In this document: positions 54,072 through 64,000 of the stretch, piece by piece
Numbering within the stretch: the stretch's first letter is position 1
How the letters are laid out: each line of letters starts with the position of its first letter
NCBI GenBank assembly: GCA_965216875.1
Contig: OZ244207.1
Span: forward strand, 320,001-384,000
Direction: 5' to 3'
DNA from: Rubripirellula sp.
Lineage (GTDB): Bacteria; Planctomycetota; Planctomycetia; Pirellulales; Pirellulaceae
DNA: 64,000 nt
Notes under the pieces: model-generated
What the model was told of the DNA's origin: nothing
The model's database searches: none
What the model saw: only the letters and a program-made list of their open reading frames with translations
Program-made: the position numbers and the translations under genes

Positions 54072-55922
54072 GTGAGCCGACTCCTTCACTTTGCCCAGTC
54101 TTGGAAGCTTGAAGCTTCCGGAAAATGGTCGCTCCTAGCCGCAATGGTCGGGCTGATTGTCGGCGTTGCCTGCATCGCTTTTGATGCGCTGACACAATTG
54201 GTCCATCGCTGGTCGCTCGCCCAATTCGCTGGCGTCCCCCAAGCCGAGGCGGTTGGCGAATACAGTTTCTTTGACGCCCCGATCACCGATCTTCAACCGC
54301 TCATGCTGATCGTCGTGATCACCGGCGGCGGCCTGGTCTCAGGTTGGTTGGTCCATCAATTCGCCCCCGATGCCGAAGGGGCGGGGATGGATGCTGCGGT
54401 CGACGCGTTTCACAATAAGAAAGGAATGATCCAGCGGCGCGTCCCGCTGGTGAAAACCATCGCTTCGGCCGTCACGTTGGGAACGGGCGGGTCGGGAGGT
54501 CGCGAAGGTCCGATTGCACAAATTGGCGCTGGCATCGGATCGTGGTTTGCCAACGAACTGCACCTCTCGGCACGCGACCGCAGGATTTTGCTTGCCGTCG
54601 GAATGGGGGCGGGGGTCGGTGCCATGTTCCGCGCTCCGCTCGCGGGCGCCATTTTTGCTGCCGAGATTCTCTATAGCGACGCCGATATGGAAGCCGACGT
54701 GATCGTGCCTGCTGCGATCGCGTCAATCGTTGCCTACAGCGTTCACACGCAAGCCATCCCAGCTGGGGTTCGGTATCAACCCATCTTCGGAGCGGGACTT
54801 AGCCACACGCTCAATTCGCCCCTTGAGCTCTTTCTCTATGCGTTGCTCGCGATCGTGTTGCTCTTGATTGCAGCGGCTTACATCAAGTGTTTTCGCACGA
54901 CTCAAGGGCTGATGGGCAAGTTGCCGGTTGCGCCGCACTTTCGTCCCGCGATCGGAGCGTTTCTCGCCGGCGTGATTGGAATCGCGCTCTGGTACCTTGG
55001 CGATGGTGACCGCAACTTGCTTGGTGTGTTGGGGACGGGCTATGGGTTGCTGCAGCGTGCACTGGTGGGCGATGCCGCGCTGACGATCGGAGTGTTGGCG
55101 ACGATCGCGGCATTCAAAATCGTCACCACATCTCTGACGATTGGCTCAGGTGCGCCCGGGGGTATCTTCGGTCCTTCCATGGTGATCGGCGGCTGCGCCG
55201 GGGCAGCGTTTGGGCACATTGCCCATCAGTTGTTTCCGTCGCTGGTGCCCTATCCTGAAGCCTATGCCGTGGTCGGGATGGCAGGCTTTTTTGCCGGGAT
55301 CGCTCGCGCCCCCATTTCGACGATCATCATGATTCGTGAGCTAACCGGCGACTTTGGACTGTTGGTGCCGACGATGTTGGTCGCGACGCTGACGTTTATT
55401 CTGTCAGGACGATGGCATCTCTATCGCAAACAAGTGCCGACGCGGATGGATTCGCCAGCGCACCGCGGTGACTTCCTCATCGACGTTCTTGAAGGCTTGC
55501 AGGTCGAAGATGTCTACCAGAAAGACCGCAACTTCATGACGATTCATCAGGGCACCACGCTCGATGATATCGTCCATCGACTTGCCGAAACGACCCAGCA
55601 CTATTTCCCCGTCGTCGATAGCGAAGGCAAGATGGTCGGCATCTTTTCCGACGACGACGTGCGGGCCTACCTCTACGATGAAACGCTTTGGCGACTGGCC
55701 AATGCCGAGGATGTGATGACCTCGAACATCGTGAAGGTGTCGCCGGAAGACGACTTGAACACGGCTCTCCAGAAATTCACGGCACTCAACCTTGACGAGC
55801 TGCCTGTGGTCGCCGAAGACGACCCTCGAGAGCTACTCGGTTTCCTCAGACGCAAAGAAACGATTGCCGCCTACAACCGCCTGATCGTCCAGCATCGTCG
55901 TGAAGCGGAATTGCAGACGTAG
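54072..55922 (+). CDS. ClC-family chloride channel/antiporter with tandem CBS domains
   Basis: GGSGGREGPIAQIG, FRAPLAGAIFAAE, GGIFGPS, RAPIS; C-terminal CBS pair. Start uncertain (GTG 54072 vs 53985). Confidence 0.92.
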   Translation: MSRLLHFAQSWKLEASGKWSLLAAMVGLIVGVACIAFDALTQLVHRWSLAQFAGVPQAEAVGEYSFFDAPITDLQPLMLIVVITGGGLVSGWLVHQFAPDAEGAGMDAAVDAFHNKKGMIQRRVPLVKTIASAVTLGTGGSGGREGPIAQIGAGIGSWFANELHLSARDRRILLAVGMGAGVGAMFRAPLAGAIFAAEILYSDADMEADVIVPAAIASIVAYSVHTQAIPAGVRYQPIFGAGLSHTLNSPLELFLYALLAIVLLLIAAAYIKCFRTTQGLMGKLPVAPHFRPAIGAFLAGVIGIALWYLGDGDRNLLGVLGTGYGLLQRALVGDAALTIGVLATIAAFKIVTTSLTIGSGAPGGIFGPSMVIGGCAGAAFGHIAHQLFPSLVPYPEAYAVVGMAGFFAGIARAPISTIIMIRELTGDFGLLVPTMLVATLTFILSGRWHLYRKQVPTRMDSPAHRGDFLIDVLEGLQVEDVYQKDRNFMTIHQGTTLDDIVHRLAETTQHYFPVVDSEGKMVGIFSDDDVRAYLYDETLWRLANAEDVMTSNIVKVSPEDDLNTALQKFTALNLDELPVVAEDDPRELLGFLRRKETIAAYNRLIVQHRREAELQT

Positions 55923-55959
55923 TATCGCCGGCCGGCCGATCGCGTGATCGCAGCGATGC

Positions 55960-57636
55960 TTAAGGTAATTGATAGACCGCGTAAGTCCCGTTGGGGTCAA
56001 ACACGTTCGGGTAAACCTTCACCAAAGGTAGGCTCGTTCCAGCCACGCGCTGGTCGACGATCATGTACCGTACGTTGTACTTTTCACGATACTCGCGCAG
56101 CGAGCTGTAGCGAATCGTGACGCGCATTCTTCCCAACCGTTTGGGAAAGACTTCACCAAAACGCCGGTACCATTCGCGTAGGCTCTCGGCATCTTGCGGG
56201 ACGTCTTTCCAATTGACCACTTCGGCGCGTCCCGCATACCACTTGAACGTCTGTTGGTGGCGCGGGGTGAGGAAGACGTCGTCGGGTCCAGATGACTCGG
56301 CAGCCCATCGGCACACCGCTTTCCAGTCGTCAAACGCTTGACGCTCCGCCTGAGTCAGTTGGTTTTCCTTCCACTGCCGGAACGTTCCCACAGGTTCTCC
56401 CGCTGCTCGCGCGGTTTCCCAAGTCTGCTTGGCTTGCAGCAGTTCTTGCTCGGTGTAGGTTTTGCGCCAGCCCAGCAGTTTTGAAGTCGCCGATGGTGGG
56501 ATGCCCTTGGAATGTCGTTGCAATGCACTGTTACCGGCCAACAAGACCGCAACGACAAGTGCTACGATTGCCCCCGCCTGCGGGAGTCGTTTCGCATGGG
56601 CGATCAGCCGCACGACCAAGAGCCCAAACATCAAGGGCACGACAGCGTCTGTGAGTCGGAACCAGTAGTAGCGCAACAGTTTTGCCGCAAGGTCTGGCAC
56701 GACTGACGGTAAGATGCCAACGACGAGCCCCGCGACGGCGATGGCAATGGCACCAATCGTAAACCACGTCATTCGCCGCCAGGGTTGATGGTGGCGAACA
56801 TGAAACCCGATCGCCAAAGTCATCACGACAAGAGCGATGTGCCGAGCGTACCAATGGAAAAAGAAATCGGCCGGCAACAAGTGGTGTCGGATTCGAAAAT
56901 AGGCGTAGATTCGAGCTGCCGCCGCCGAATCTTCACTGCTTGCCCCCAGCGTCAATGCGAGTGCTGGCACCAATCCAAACAGTGACAATGCACCTCCGAG
57001 GAAAAGCCACCGCGTGAATAGCGGTTTTCTGTCGGTCTGTTTTCGCTCGGTGACCCACCAAGCAAGCATGGCCGCGATCACGGACCAACCGCCCGAGAGG
57101 ACATGAAACGCGGCGGCACCTCCGAGCAACGGCCAAACTCGATTCCAGTTGCGGTCGACCATTTCGGCCAGACCAAGCAAGACGAGTCCATAGGCCGGGA
57201 CTTTGGCTTCAATGCCGCCGATGACCCATTCACCCGCCAAGTTGCCCTGTTCGATGCCCGCGATCCATAGGGTAGCGACACCAAGAGATGCCAACGGGAC
57301 GCCAATCAGCTTTGCAGACAGGCGGTGAAGACCCCAAGCGATGAGAAACCATCCGACAATCCGGCCAATCCATGCAGTCGTTTCGAGCGACACAAAGAGT
57401 GTTGGCCAGCCGAACAGATAGTAGAACGTGGTGTGCGCTTTTCCCGAAGCAGCGAAGAGGTCGTTTTGGCACCACTCGGGTTGCCAAAAGTTCTTCGCTT
57501 TGACCAAGTAGTGCGCCTCGTTCACCATCGGCGGGAAGTCGCCGGCGTAGAGGAAGAACAGCATGACCAACAGAAGCACTTCTCCGAAGTTGCTCCAGCG
57601 ACTCGCCTGACGATCGTTGATTGTTTCGCTATCCAT
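55960..57636 (-). CDS. Polytopic membrane protein (DUF6798-like)
   Basis: [43 protein letters not shown]; multiple TM segments. Confidence 0.6.
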   Translation of the reverse strand: MDSETINDRQASRWSNFGEVLLLVMLFFLYAGDFPPMVNEAHYLVKAKNFWQPEWCQNDLFAASGKAHTTFYYLFGWPTLFVSLETTAWIGRIVGWFLIAWGLHRLSAKLIGVPLASLGVATLWIAGIEQGNLAGEWVIGGIEAKVPAYGLVLLGLAEMVDRNWNRVWPLLGGAAAFHVLSGGWSVIAAMLAWWVTERKQTDRKPLFTRWLFLGGALSLFGLVPALALTLGASSEDSAAAARIYAYFRIRHHLLPADFFFHWYARHIALVVMTLAIGFHVRHHQPWRRMTWFTIGAIAIAVAGLVVGILPSVVPDLAAKLLRYYWFRLTDAVVPLMFGLLVVRLIAHAKRLPQAGAIVALVVAVLLAGNSALQRHSKGIPPSATSKLLGWRKTYTEQELLQAKQTWETARAAGEPVGTFRQWKENQLTQAERQAFDDWKAVCRWAAESSGPDDVFLTPRHQQTFKWYAGRAEVVNWKDVPQDAESLREWYRRFGEVFPKRLGRMRVTIRYSSLREYREKYNVRYMIVDQRVAGTSLPLVKVYPNVFDPNGTYAVYQLP

Positions 57637-58627
57637 CGCGCGTTGTCAGTTGTGTTCCATCCGCGTTGTGAGGACACAGGTCGATTGCCATGTTGATCGC
57701 GGCGAGCATGCTGCGATGATTCGCTTTGCCCTGCCAGGCCAAGTCCATGGCGGTGCCGTGGTCAACGCTCGTGCGAATGATCGGAAGTCCCAACGTTACA
57801 TTGACCGCATCATCAAACGATAACGCTTTGAGTGGAATCAATCCCTGGTCGTGATACATACAAACATAAGCGTCGGTGTTCGCTCGCATGGCCGGGGTGA
57901 ATGCCGTGTCGGGCGAAACGGGACCGATAGCATTGATCCCTCGTGCACGTGCTGATGCGATCGCGGGAGCGATGATGTTGGACTCTTCGCCGTGCGAGAA
58001 CATCCCGTTTTCGCCGGCGTGTGGATTGAGTCCACAAACCGTGATGGCCGGTGACGCCTCGCTGCGATTTCGGCGGCTTGCCGCATCGGCCGCCAATCGA
58101 ATGGCCCGTTCAATCTTTTGCTGCGTCAGCTGTTGGGGAACATCGGCCAGTGCGATGTGGATCGTTGCCAGGACACATGAGATTTCGTCGCTGGTGAGCA
58201 TCATGCTAAAGTCGGTCGTCCCCGTTCGCTCGGCCAACAATTCGGTGTGGCCGGGGAACGTGATGCCCGCAGCCTGCCAAGCCTCTTTTTGGATTGGACC
58301 GGTCACGATGGCATCAAATTCACCCGAAAGTGTCCCCTCGATCGCTCGGCAAACCGCATCATAGGACGCCTTTCCGGTGGCTGCGTTGTATTGGCCGGGT
58401 GTGACTGCCTCTGGGGACAGGTCGCCAATGTCGACCGTCGCTGGGGCTGGTGGCAGGCCGACGTGTTGGCTGATTCGCGAAAGGAGGGTGGCTGGGCCGA
58501 GTAAAATGGGATCACACCGCTCAGTGATCTCCGGCAGCGAAACGCAGAGCAGCGCCAGTTCGGGGCCAACCCCAGCGGCATCGCCGACCGAAATCGCAAT
58601 CTTGGGCTTTGCTGGCGGAGTGGACAT
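57629..58627 (-). CDS. pdxA: 4-hydroxythreonine-4-phosphate dehydrogenase (PdxA family)
   Basis: [58 protein letters not shown]. Confidence 0.95.
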   Translation of the reverse strand: MSTPPAKPKIAISVGDAAGVGPELALLCVSLPEITERCDPILLGPATLLSRISQHVGLPPAPATVDIGDLSPEAVTPGQYNAATGKASYDAVCRAIEGTLSGEFDAIVTGPIQKEAWQAAGITFPGHTELLAERTGTTDFSMMLTSDEISCVLATIHIALADVPQQLTQQKIERAIRLAADAASRRNRSEASPAITVCGLNPHAGENGMFSHGEESNIIAPAIASARARGINAIGPVSPDTAFTPAMRANTDAYVCMYHDQGLIPLKALSFDDAVNVTLGLPIIRTSVDHGTAMDLAWQGKANHRSMLAAINMAIDLCPHNADGTQLTTRDG

Positions 58628-58725
58628 TGGTCTGGTGGCGACGGGCGAGGAAAGTAGACAATGGTGCTGAGTGCAGGGATGTTAACGAATGATTGCAGCT
58701 TAGCCGATTGGTCGGCATTGATTGA

Positions 58726-60267
58726 ATGACAAGACTTCAACGGATCATCGCAATTTTGGCCGGAATCGTCACAGGTTCTGTGGGGGCCGTGCCGTCGGCG
58801 ACTGCAGCAGACGCAGTGGTCGTCTGCCCGGAGAATTTTCGCGCTGCGCTAAAACCTTGGCTTGACCACCGTGAGGCTCAAGGGCTTTCGGTTCAGGTGA
58901 TTCCGTCCCAGCGAAATGCCAGCACGCTGCTCGAGAAGATTCGCGAAGTGGCAACCGAGTCAACGACTTATGTGGTGCTTGTCGGCGACGCCCCCGTCAT
59001 CGGCGCCCCCTGCAATTCGCTGAGGCAAGTTCCAATCCACTACAAGCCGACCAAAGTTACATCGGCCTGGGGAGCACCACCGACGCTCGCGACCGACCTG
59101 AGCTACGGTGATTTCAACAACGACGGAAAACCGAACGCGGTGGTCGGACGTTTGCCCGTGGACGACGCTGACCAATTGAGCCAGCTTGTTCGTCGCATCG
59201 TCGCTCATGAAGAGAGTGTCGATTTTGGTGCGTGGCGTGGCAACGTTCAACTCACCGGCGGTGTGGGCGGATTCGGCATGGTCGCCGATGCGGCGATCGA
59301 GTCGGTCACGCGGAGCGTGTTGACAAACGTGTTGCCAACCGAAACACGAAGCTGCGTTGCCTATGCCAGTCCCGGGCACCGCTTTTTCCCAAAAAACGAC
59401 TCGTTTACCAACGCCGTTCTGGAACGCTACAAGTTGGGTTCGCGGTTTTGGGTCTACGCGGGGCACGGGAATGTCACCGCGCTTGATCGCGTTCCACAAA
59501 ACGCGAGTGGTCAACCTGTTCTCGATCAACGGACCGTCCAACAACTCGCTCATCCGCACGGTGGTAGTCCGATTGCACTGATGTTGGCTTGCTATACCGG
59601 TGCGCTCGACGCGTCGGAAGATTCCATTGCCGAGGAAATGCTGCTTTGCGACGGCGGGCCAATCGCCGTCTTTGCCGGCAGTCGCGTCACCATGCCCTAC
59701 GGAAACGCAACCGCAGCGGTTGGATTGATCAACGGCGTCTTTGAACAGAAACTACCGCGTCTTGGGGATGCATGGCTTTGCACACTCAATCAGATGCACC
59801 AGGAACAGACCGAGGATCAATCCACCTCACGGGTCATGATCGATGCGCTCGCTGCCATCGTCAGCCCACCTGGAACAAGTTTGGTGGGTGAACGTCGCGA
59901 GCACATGCAACTGTACAACTTGATTGGCGACCCAACTTTGCGACTCCATCATCCACAAGAAGTCGCGATGACGGTTCCGCCTGGCCATGACGCGGGCCAA
60001 CCGATCTCGCTCGATTTAAACAGTCCTATTTCAGGGCAATTGGTGGTGTCGATTGACCGCCCGCTCGGCGCGGTCGTTGATGGGGATCCTAACGAGACCA
60101 CCGTCACAACACTCCAGCGAACGGTTGTCGCCGACACGCCGGCGACGATGGCAATTCAATTGCCCGACGAGGTGAAAGGGCCCGTGATTGTTCGCGCGTT
60201 TGTCTCCGGTGAAAAAACCTGGGCGACAGCAGCGGCACGCACCATTGTGCGTCAGAAGGTTCGCTGA
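58726..60267 (+). CDS. C25 (gingipain-like) cysteine peptidase family protein
   Basis: YVVLVGD, VGRLPV, YAGHG (catalytic His), MLACYTG (catalytic Cys), YNLIGDP. Confidence 0.85.
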   Translation: MTRLQRIIAILAGIVTGSVGAVPSATAADAVVVCPENFRAALKPWLDHREAQGLSVQVIPSQRNASTLLEKIREVATESTTYVVLVGDAPVIGAPCNSLRQVPIHYKPTKVTSAWGAPPTLATDLSYGDFNNDGKPNAVVGRLPVDDADQLSQLVRRIVAHEESVDFGAWRGNVQLTGGVGGFGMVADAAIESVTRSVLTNVLPTETRSCVAYASPGHRFFPKNDSFTNAVLERYKLGSRFWVYAGHGNVTALDRVPQNASGQPVLDQRTVQQLAHPHGGSPIALMLACYTGALDASEDSIAEEMLLCDGGPIAVFAGSRVTMPYGNATAAVGLINGVFEQKLPRLGDAWLCTLNQMHQEQTEDQSTSRVMIDALAAIVSPPGTSLVGERREHMQLYNLIGDPTLRLHHPQEVAMTVPPGHDAGQPISLDLNSPISGQLVVSIDRPLGAVVDGDPNETTVTTLQRTVVADTPATMAIQLPDEVKGPVIVRAFVSGEKTWATAAARTIVRQKVR

Positions 60268-60413
60268 TCCCTCGGCCTTCTGTTGAGGTCTTGGACCTTC
60301 TGTTCAGGGAACTCGCCGTAATTCGAGGTGATGAAGGGGCGTCGTTGATTGGCTAGACTAGACGGCCCCGCTTACTGATTGCCCACCACGCTACCCACCT
60401 CGGAACCCGCGCC

Positions 60414-61928
60414 ATGATTCGTCTTTTTGCTGTCGCGCTGCTGACGCTCGTGTTTGCTGCCGTTTTTTCTGTACACGCACGGGCTGATGAATTGCCGCCA
60501 CCCAACGTCGTTGTCATCTTCATGGATGACATGGGCTATGCCGACATCAACCCCTTCGGTAACAACCAATACAAAACGCCCCACCTTGATCGGATGGCTG
60601 CCGAAGGGCGGAAGTTCACCGACTTTGTGGTTTCATCAGCGGTCTGTTCGGCATCGCGTGCAGCGCTGCTGACCGGTTGTTATCACCGCCGGGTCAGCAT
60701 CAGTGGTGCGTTGGGGCCAAAGTCGAAGCAGGGGCTCAATCCAAGTGAGACAACGCTGGCAGAGATTTGCAAAAGCAAAGGTTATGCGACGGCGGTCTTT
60801 GGGAAATGGCATCTTGGCCACAATCCCAAGTTCCTGCCAACCAATCAGGGATTCGACGAGTACTACGGGATCCCTTACAGCAACGACATGTGGCCGCTGC
60901 ACCCCTCGTCGATTGCGAAACGATTGAAAGATCCTCTCGCGAAAATCAATTGGCCAGCGCTGCCGATGATTCGCGCGACAAAAGAAAAGGGAGTTCGCAT
61001 TGTCAACGATGATGTGCAACCCGAGGATCAAGAAGCGATGACGCGTGAGTTCACCGAACGCGCCGTCAATTTCATCAAGGCCAACACTGAAAAACCATTC
61101 TTTCTGTACATGCCGCACCCGATGGTGCACGTGCCGCTTTATGTTTCTGACGAATTTCGGGGCAAGAGCAAGACGGGGTTGTTCGGTGATGTGATGATGG
61201 AGATCGACTGGTCCGTCGGCCAGATTCTAGGAGCCATTGAGGACATCGGCGTTGAACGCAACACGCTTGTTGTCTTCACCAGTGACAATGGGCCTTGGCT
61301 CTCGTACGGCAATCATGCTGGAAAGGCGACGCCCCTGCGCGAGGGCAAAGGGACGATGTTCGAAGGGGGATACCGCGAGCCGACCTTGATGTGGTGGAAG
61401 GGCAAGATTCCCGCTGGCACGACTTGTGACAAGCTTTGCAGCACCATCGATATTTTGCCAACTGTTGCCAAATTGATTGGGGCCGATTTGCCAAACCACA
61501 AGATCGATGGGCAAGACATTCGACCATTGATGTTTGGTGATGAAAATGCCCAATCGCCTCACGACGCTTTCTACTGCTACTACAAAGGCGGCGAGCTTCA
61601 GGCGGTGCGGAACGAGCGATTCAAGTTGATGTTCCCCCATCAATATCGCACGCTCAAGGGACATCCCGGCGGTTTTGGTGGACGCCCAATCCCGTACCAA
61701 TCAGGCAAGATTGTTGTGCCAACGTTATTCGACTTGGATAACGATGTTTCGGAAACAAAGAACGTCTACAGCGACCATCCCGACGTTGTTCGGCAACTCG
61801 AGGCTGCCGCCGAACGGGCTCGGGCTGATCTTGGTGACAAGTTGACCAAGCGTAAGGGATCAGGCATCCGTGAGCCTGGGAAGATGGTCGAGGGCGATGA
61901 AGAATTGCCGCTCGATTGGACGAAGTGA
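60414..61928 (+). CDS. Sulfatase (arylsulfatase A-like)
   Basis: PNVVVIFMDDMG, CSASRAA, GKWHLG, YSNDM, SDNGPW, GKGTMFEGG. Confidence 0.92.
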   Translation: MIRLFAVALLTLVFAAVFSVHARADELPPPNVVVIFMDDMGYADINPFGNNQYKTPHLDRMAAEGRKFTDFVVSSAVCSASRAALLTGCYHRRVSISGALGPKSKQGLNPSETTLAEICKSKGYATAVFGKWHLGHNPKFLPTNQGFDEYYGIPYSNDMWPLHPSSIAKRLKDPLAKINWPALPMIRATKEKGVRIVNDDVQPEDQEAMTREFTERAVNFIKANTEKPFFLYMPHPMVHVPLYVSDEFRGKSKTGLFGDVMMEIDWSVGQILGAIEDIGVERNTLVVFTSDNGPWLSYGNHAGKATPLREGKGTMFEGGYREPTLMWWKGKIPAGTTCDKLCSTIDILPTVAKLIGADLPNHKIDGQDIRPLMFGDENAQSPHDAFYCYYKGGELQAVRNERFKLMFPHQYRTLKGHPGGFGGRPIPYQSGKIVVPTLFDLDNDVSETKNVYSDHPDVVRQLEAAAERARADLGDKLTKRKGSGIREPGKMVEGDEELPLDWTK

Positions 61929-61972
61929 TTCGCGATTGCGATCTGGTTTTTTGATGGAAGGTGACGCCGACG

Positions 61973-62410
61973 ATGGATCCGTTCTTGCAAGCAGCGCTGA
62001 ATGAGGCGTATCGAGGTTTTGAGGAAGGCGGTATTCCGATTGGTTCGGTTTTGGTGATCGATGACCAGATCGTTGGACGCGGGCACAATCGTCGCGTGCA
62101 AAAGGAGAGCGCGATCCTGCACGCTGAAATGGACGCGATCGAGAATGCCGGTCGTTTGTCGGCGCGGCAATATCGAGCCGCGACGCTCTACTCGACCCTT
62201 TCACCCTGCGATATGTGCAGCGGCACGTCGCTGCTGTACGGCATTCCGCGAATCGTCATCGGCGAAAACGAAACCTTTCAAGGACCCGAGGACTATGTCC
62301 GTTCACGAGGCGTCGAGTTGACGGTTGTCGAAAGCGAAGAGTGCGTCGCGCTGATGCGCAAGTTCATCAACGAAAACCCCGAGCTTTGGAACGAAGACAT
62401 CGGGGTTTGA
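61973..62410 (+). CDS. Zn-dependent nucleoside/cytosine deaminase
   Basis: GGIPIGSVL, HAE, PCDMC, WNEDIG. Confidence 0.92.
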   Translation: MDPFLQAALNEAYRGFEEGGIPIGSVLVIDDQIVGRGHNRRVQKESAILHAEMDAIENAGRLSARQYRAATLYSTLSPCDMCSGTSLLYGIPRIVIGENETFQGPEDYVRSRGVELTVVESEECVALMRKFINENPELWNEDIGV

Positions 62411-62455
62411 GGTTTCTCTGATGTGGCGGCGCTCGCCAACGAGGCTGCGGTTATA

Positions 62456-62586
62456 GTGAGCCGAACGCGCTACGTCGGGCCTTTTCTACGTCGTTGCAAG
62501 CGAGCAATGTTGTGGATCTGTGCCGGATCTGCGTCGCTGTCGCTCCTTGATCCGGCCTACACACGCTAGCGCGGTCGGCTCACGGG
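62456..62586. repeat. REP cluster between convergent genes
   Basis: gtgagccgaacgcgctacgtcgggcc; tgtgccggatctgcgtcgctgtcgctccttgatccggcctaca (inverse of 5031-5073); acgctagcgcggtcggctcac. Confidence 0.75.
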
Positions 62587-62602
62587 GGGCAACCCCGCGC
62601 GA

Positions 62603-63178
62603 TCAGGATGCTTGATCGCTCGGAGCTTTGTACATCACGTCCGTGCGCAAGACGTACTTGATTCCCGACTCCACCGTTGCGCCTTCATGCAATTGGCGGT
62701 GCCGAAAAAGCAGCAGACTACCGGCCCGCGGTGGGACTTGGAAATGAGGCCCAAAAAAGGTTGTCTGACCGCCTTCGAAGTCATCGTTCAAATACATCAA
62801 AAAGGTGTATTCGCTACGCTCGCCATTCTCGCGTTTGTAGGCCCCGTCGAAGTGTTGGGTGAATGCTTGGCCCGGTTCGTACTTGTAGAATCGGAAACGC
62901 TCATTCAGACCGATCGCTTGGCGTTTGGCGACCGGCGAGACGATGTGATCTTTGGATTGTGCCCAAAGGTCGCTGGCAAGAGCAGGATCGTCCAAGATGA
63001 CGCGTGTGTTGTTGCGAATGTCTTTGCGCATCACCGGGCCTGATCGCGTGGTGATGGGAGCATCAATGAAACCGATTGATTCGCCGAGATTGATGAAGTC
63101 CTGACACTGCGTTGGCGTCAGGAATTCGTGAACCACGTAGACTTTGTTTCCATTGAATTGCTCGGTCTGCATCCGCAA
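62603..63178 (-). CDS. 2OG-Fe(II) oxygenase, prolyl 4-hydroxylase-like
   Basis: GLNERFRFYKY, HFD (HxD), YLN, GGQT, HEG, KYVLRTDVMY. Confidence 0.9.
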   Translation of the reverse strand: MRMQTEQFNGNKVYVVHEFLTPTQCQDFINLGESIGFIDAPITTRSGPVMRKDIRNNTRVILDDPALASDLWAQSKDHIVSPVAKRQAIGLNERFRFYKYEPGQAFTQHFDGAYKRENGERSEYTFLMYLNDDFEGGQTTFFGPHFQVPPRAGSLLLFRHRQLHEGATVESGIKYVLRTDVMYKAPSDQAS

Positions 63179-63357
63179 TCTCCTTTGGATCGGATTCGAT
63201 TGACTTTGAACGCTCCATCAAAAAGACACCCACATCCGATGCAGGTTCGGCGCCGAGACGCCTTCGTGCTAGGACAGCGGCGTCATTGCTATAATTTGAG
63301 TTTTACGTGTGGCTTGCAGTGCCCACGCGCCCATTCATCCTCTCGCACAGACTTGTC

Positions 63358-64000
63358 ATGACGGACCAAGCTCATCCAGAAGCGGGCGGATCGGACGAGG
63401 ACAGCTCGGACCGTGACGACGTCGATTCTCTCGAAACACCAACGCTCGTCTACACCGCCAACGGCAACCTCGAAGCTCATTCCGCCGTCACTTGGCTTCG
63501 GTACAACGGGATTCGAGCCTTTGCTGTCGAGGACAACTCGGGCGCGAGTTTGTTCGTTTTCGGAACGATCAGTCAGTTCCACAAACCGCAAGTCTTTGTG
63601 GAGAAACAAGAGCTCCGTAACGCGCGTGACCTTTTGAGGCAGTTTGAGACTCAGCGGAGCCAGCGACGTCGTGATCACGAAGATCAATCGCCGATCGAAG
63701 CGGAGTGCGAAGAGTGTGGCGCGGTGAGCGAGTTTCCTGCTTCTCAGGATGGCACGACACAGAATTGTCCCAAGTGCAATGCGTACATGGATGTTGGCAG
63801 CACCGGCTTTCCTGATGATTTCGATTTTGGCGAAGTCGACCAGGCACCGGCTCGCGAGCTAACGGTGGACGAGGCGCTCGATGCCGCGGCGCAGCTTGAC
63901 TCCGAGGGCGACTGGGACGAGGCGATCAACGCATTTCGTGAGATTGCGACGCGCTGGCCCGAACACGCAACCTATGCGTCCAACAGCATCGCGGCGATTC
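63358..64000 (+). CDS. DUF2007-like protein with Zn-ribbon and TPR-like helix; 3'-truncated (not in the ORF track)
   Basis: ATG 63358, open to the window end: MTDQAHPE...LVYTANGNLEAH...GIRAFAVED...PQVFV...CEECG...CPKC...GDWDEAINAFREI. Confidence 0.75.
   Translation, partial: MTDQAHPEAGGSDEDSSDRDDVDSLETPTLVYTANGNLEAHSAVTWLRYNGIRAFAVEDNSGASLFVFGTISQFHKPQVFVEKQELRNARDLLRQFETQRSQRRRDHEDQSPIEAECEECGAVSEFPASQDGTTQNCPKCNAYMDVGSTGFPDDFDFGEVDQAPARELTVDEALDAAAQLDSEGDWDEAINAFREIATRWPEHATYASNSIAAI

Overview
64-kb window from a GC-rich planctomycete, probably Pirellulaceae. The assignment rests on a DUF1501/DUF1549-DUF1553/PPC/cytochrome c-WD40 cassette, three sulfatases, H4MPT/methanofuran C1 genes and dense REP-like palindromes. 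The main feature is a selenium/C1 locus at 5.2-16.6 kb: selB-selA-selD (minus strand) is divergent from ftr, fwdD, a small unannotated ORF, fwdB, fwdA and fwdC. Three in-frame UGA codons break ORFs in the supplied track. Each is followed 17-25 nt later by a hairpin with GUU in the apical loop, as expected for a bacterial SECIS. (1) FwdB, TSL-U-HGP, at the Mo/W-ligand position. (2) An AhpD-like protein with a CxxU motif at 33.4-33.9 kb. (3) An 84-codon acidic ORF at 12462-12716, between fwdD and fwdB and in frame with fwdB (..GSCHGRALG-U-TFTVP..); it is absent from the ORF track, I do not recognise its family, and it is a candidate new selenoprotein or selenium-sensing leader. The rest holds glpK-glpD, carbohydrate/sulfate-ester enzymes (two are fusions), a sigma-54 activator, TadE/TadG genes, a ClC channel, pdxA, a C25 peptidase, a deaminase, a 2OG-Fe(II) oxygenase and hypotheticals. 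No tRNA (including tRNA-Sec), rRNA, CRISPR array or transposase was recognised. All calls come from reading motifs by eye; no searches or folding programs were run.
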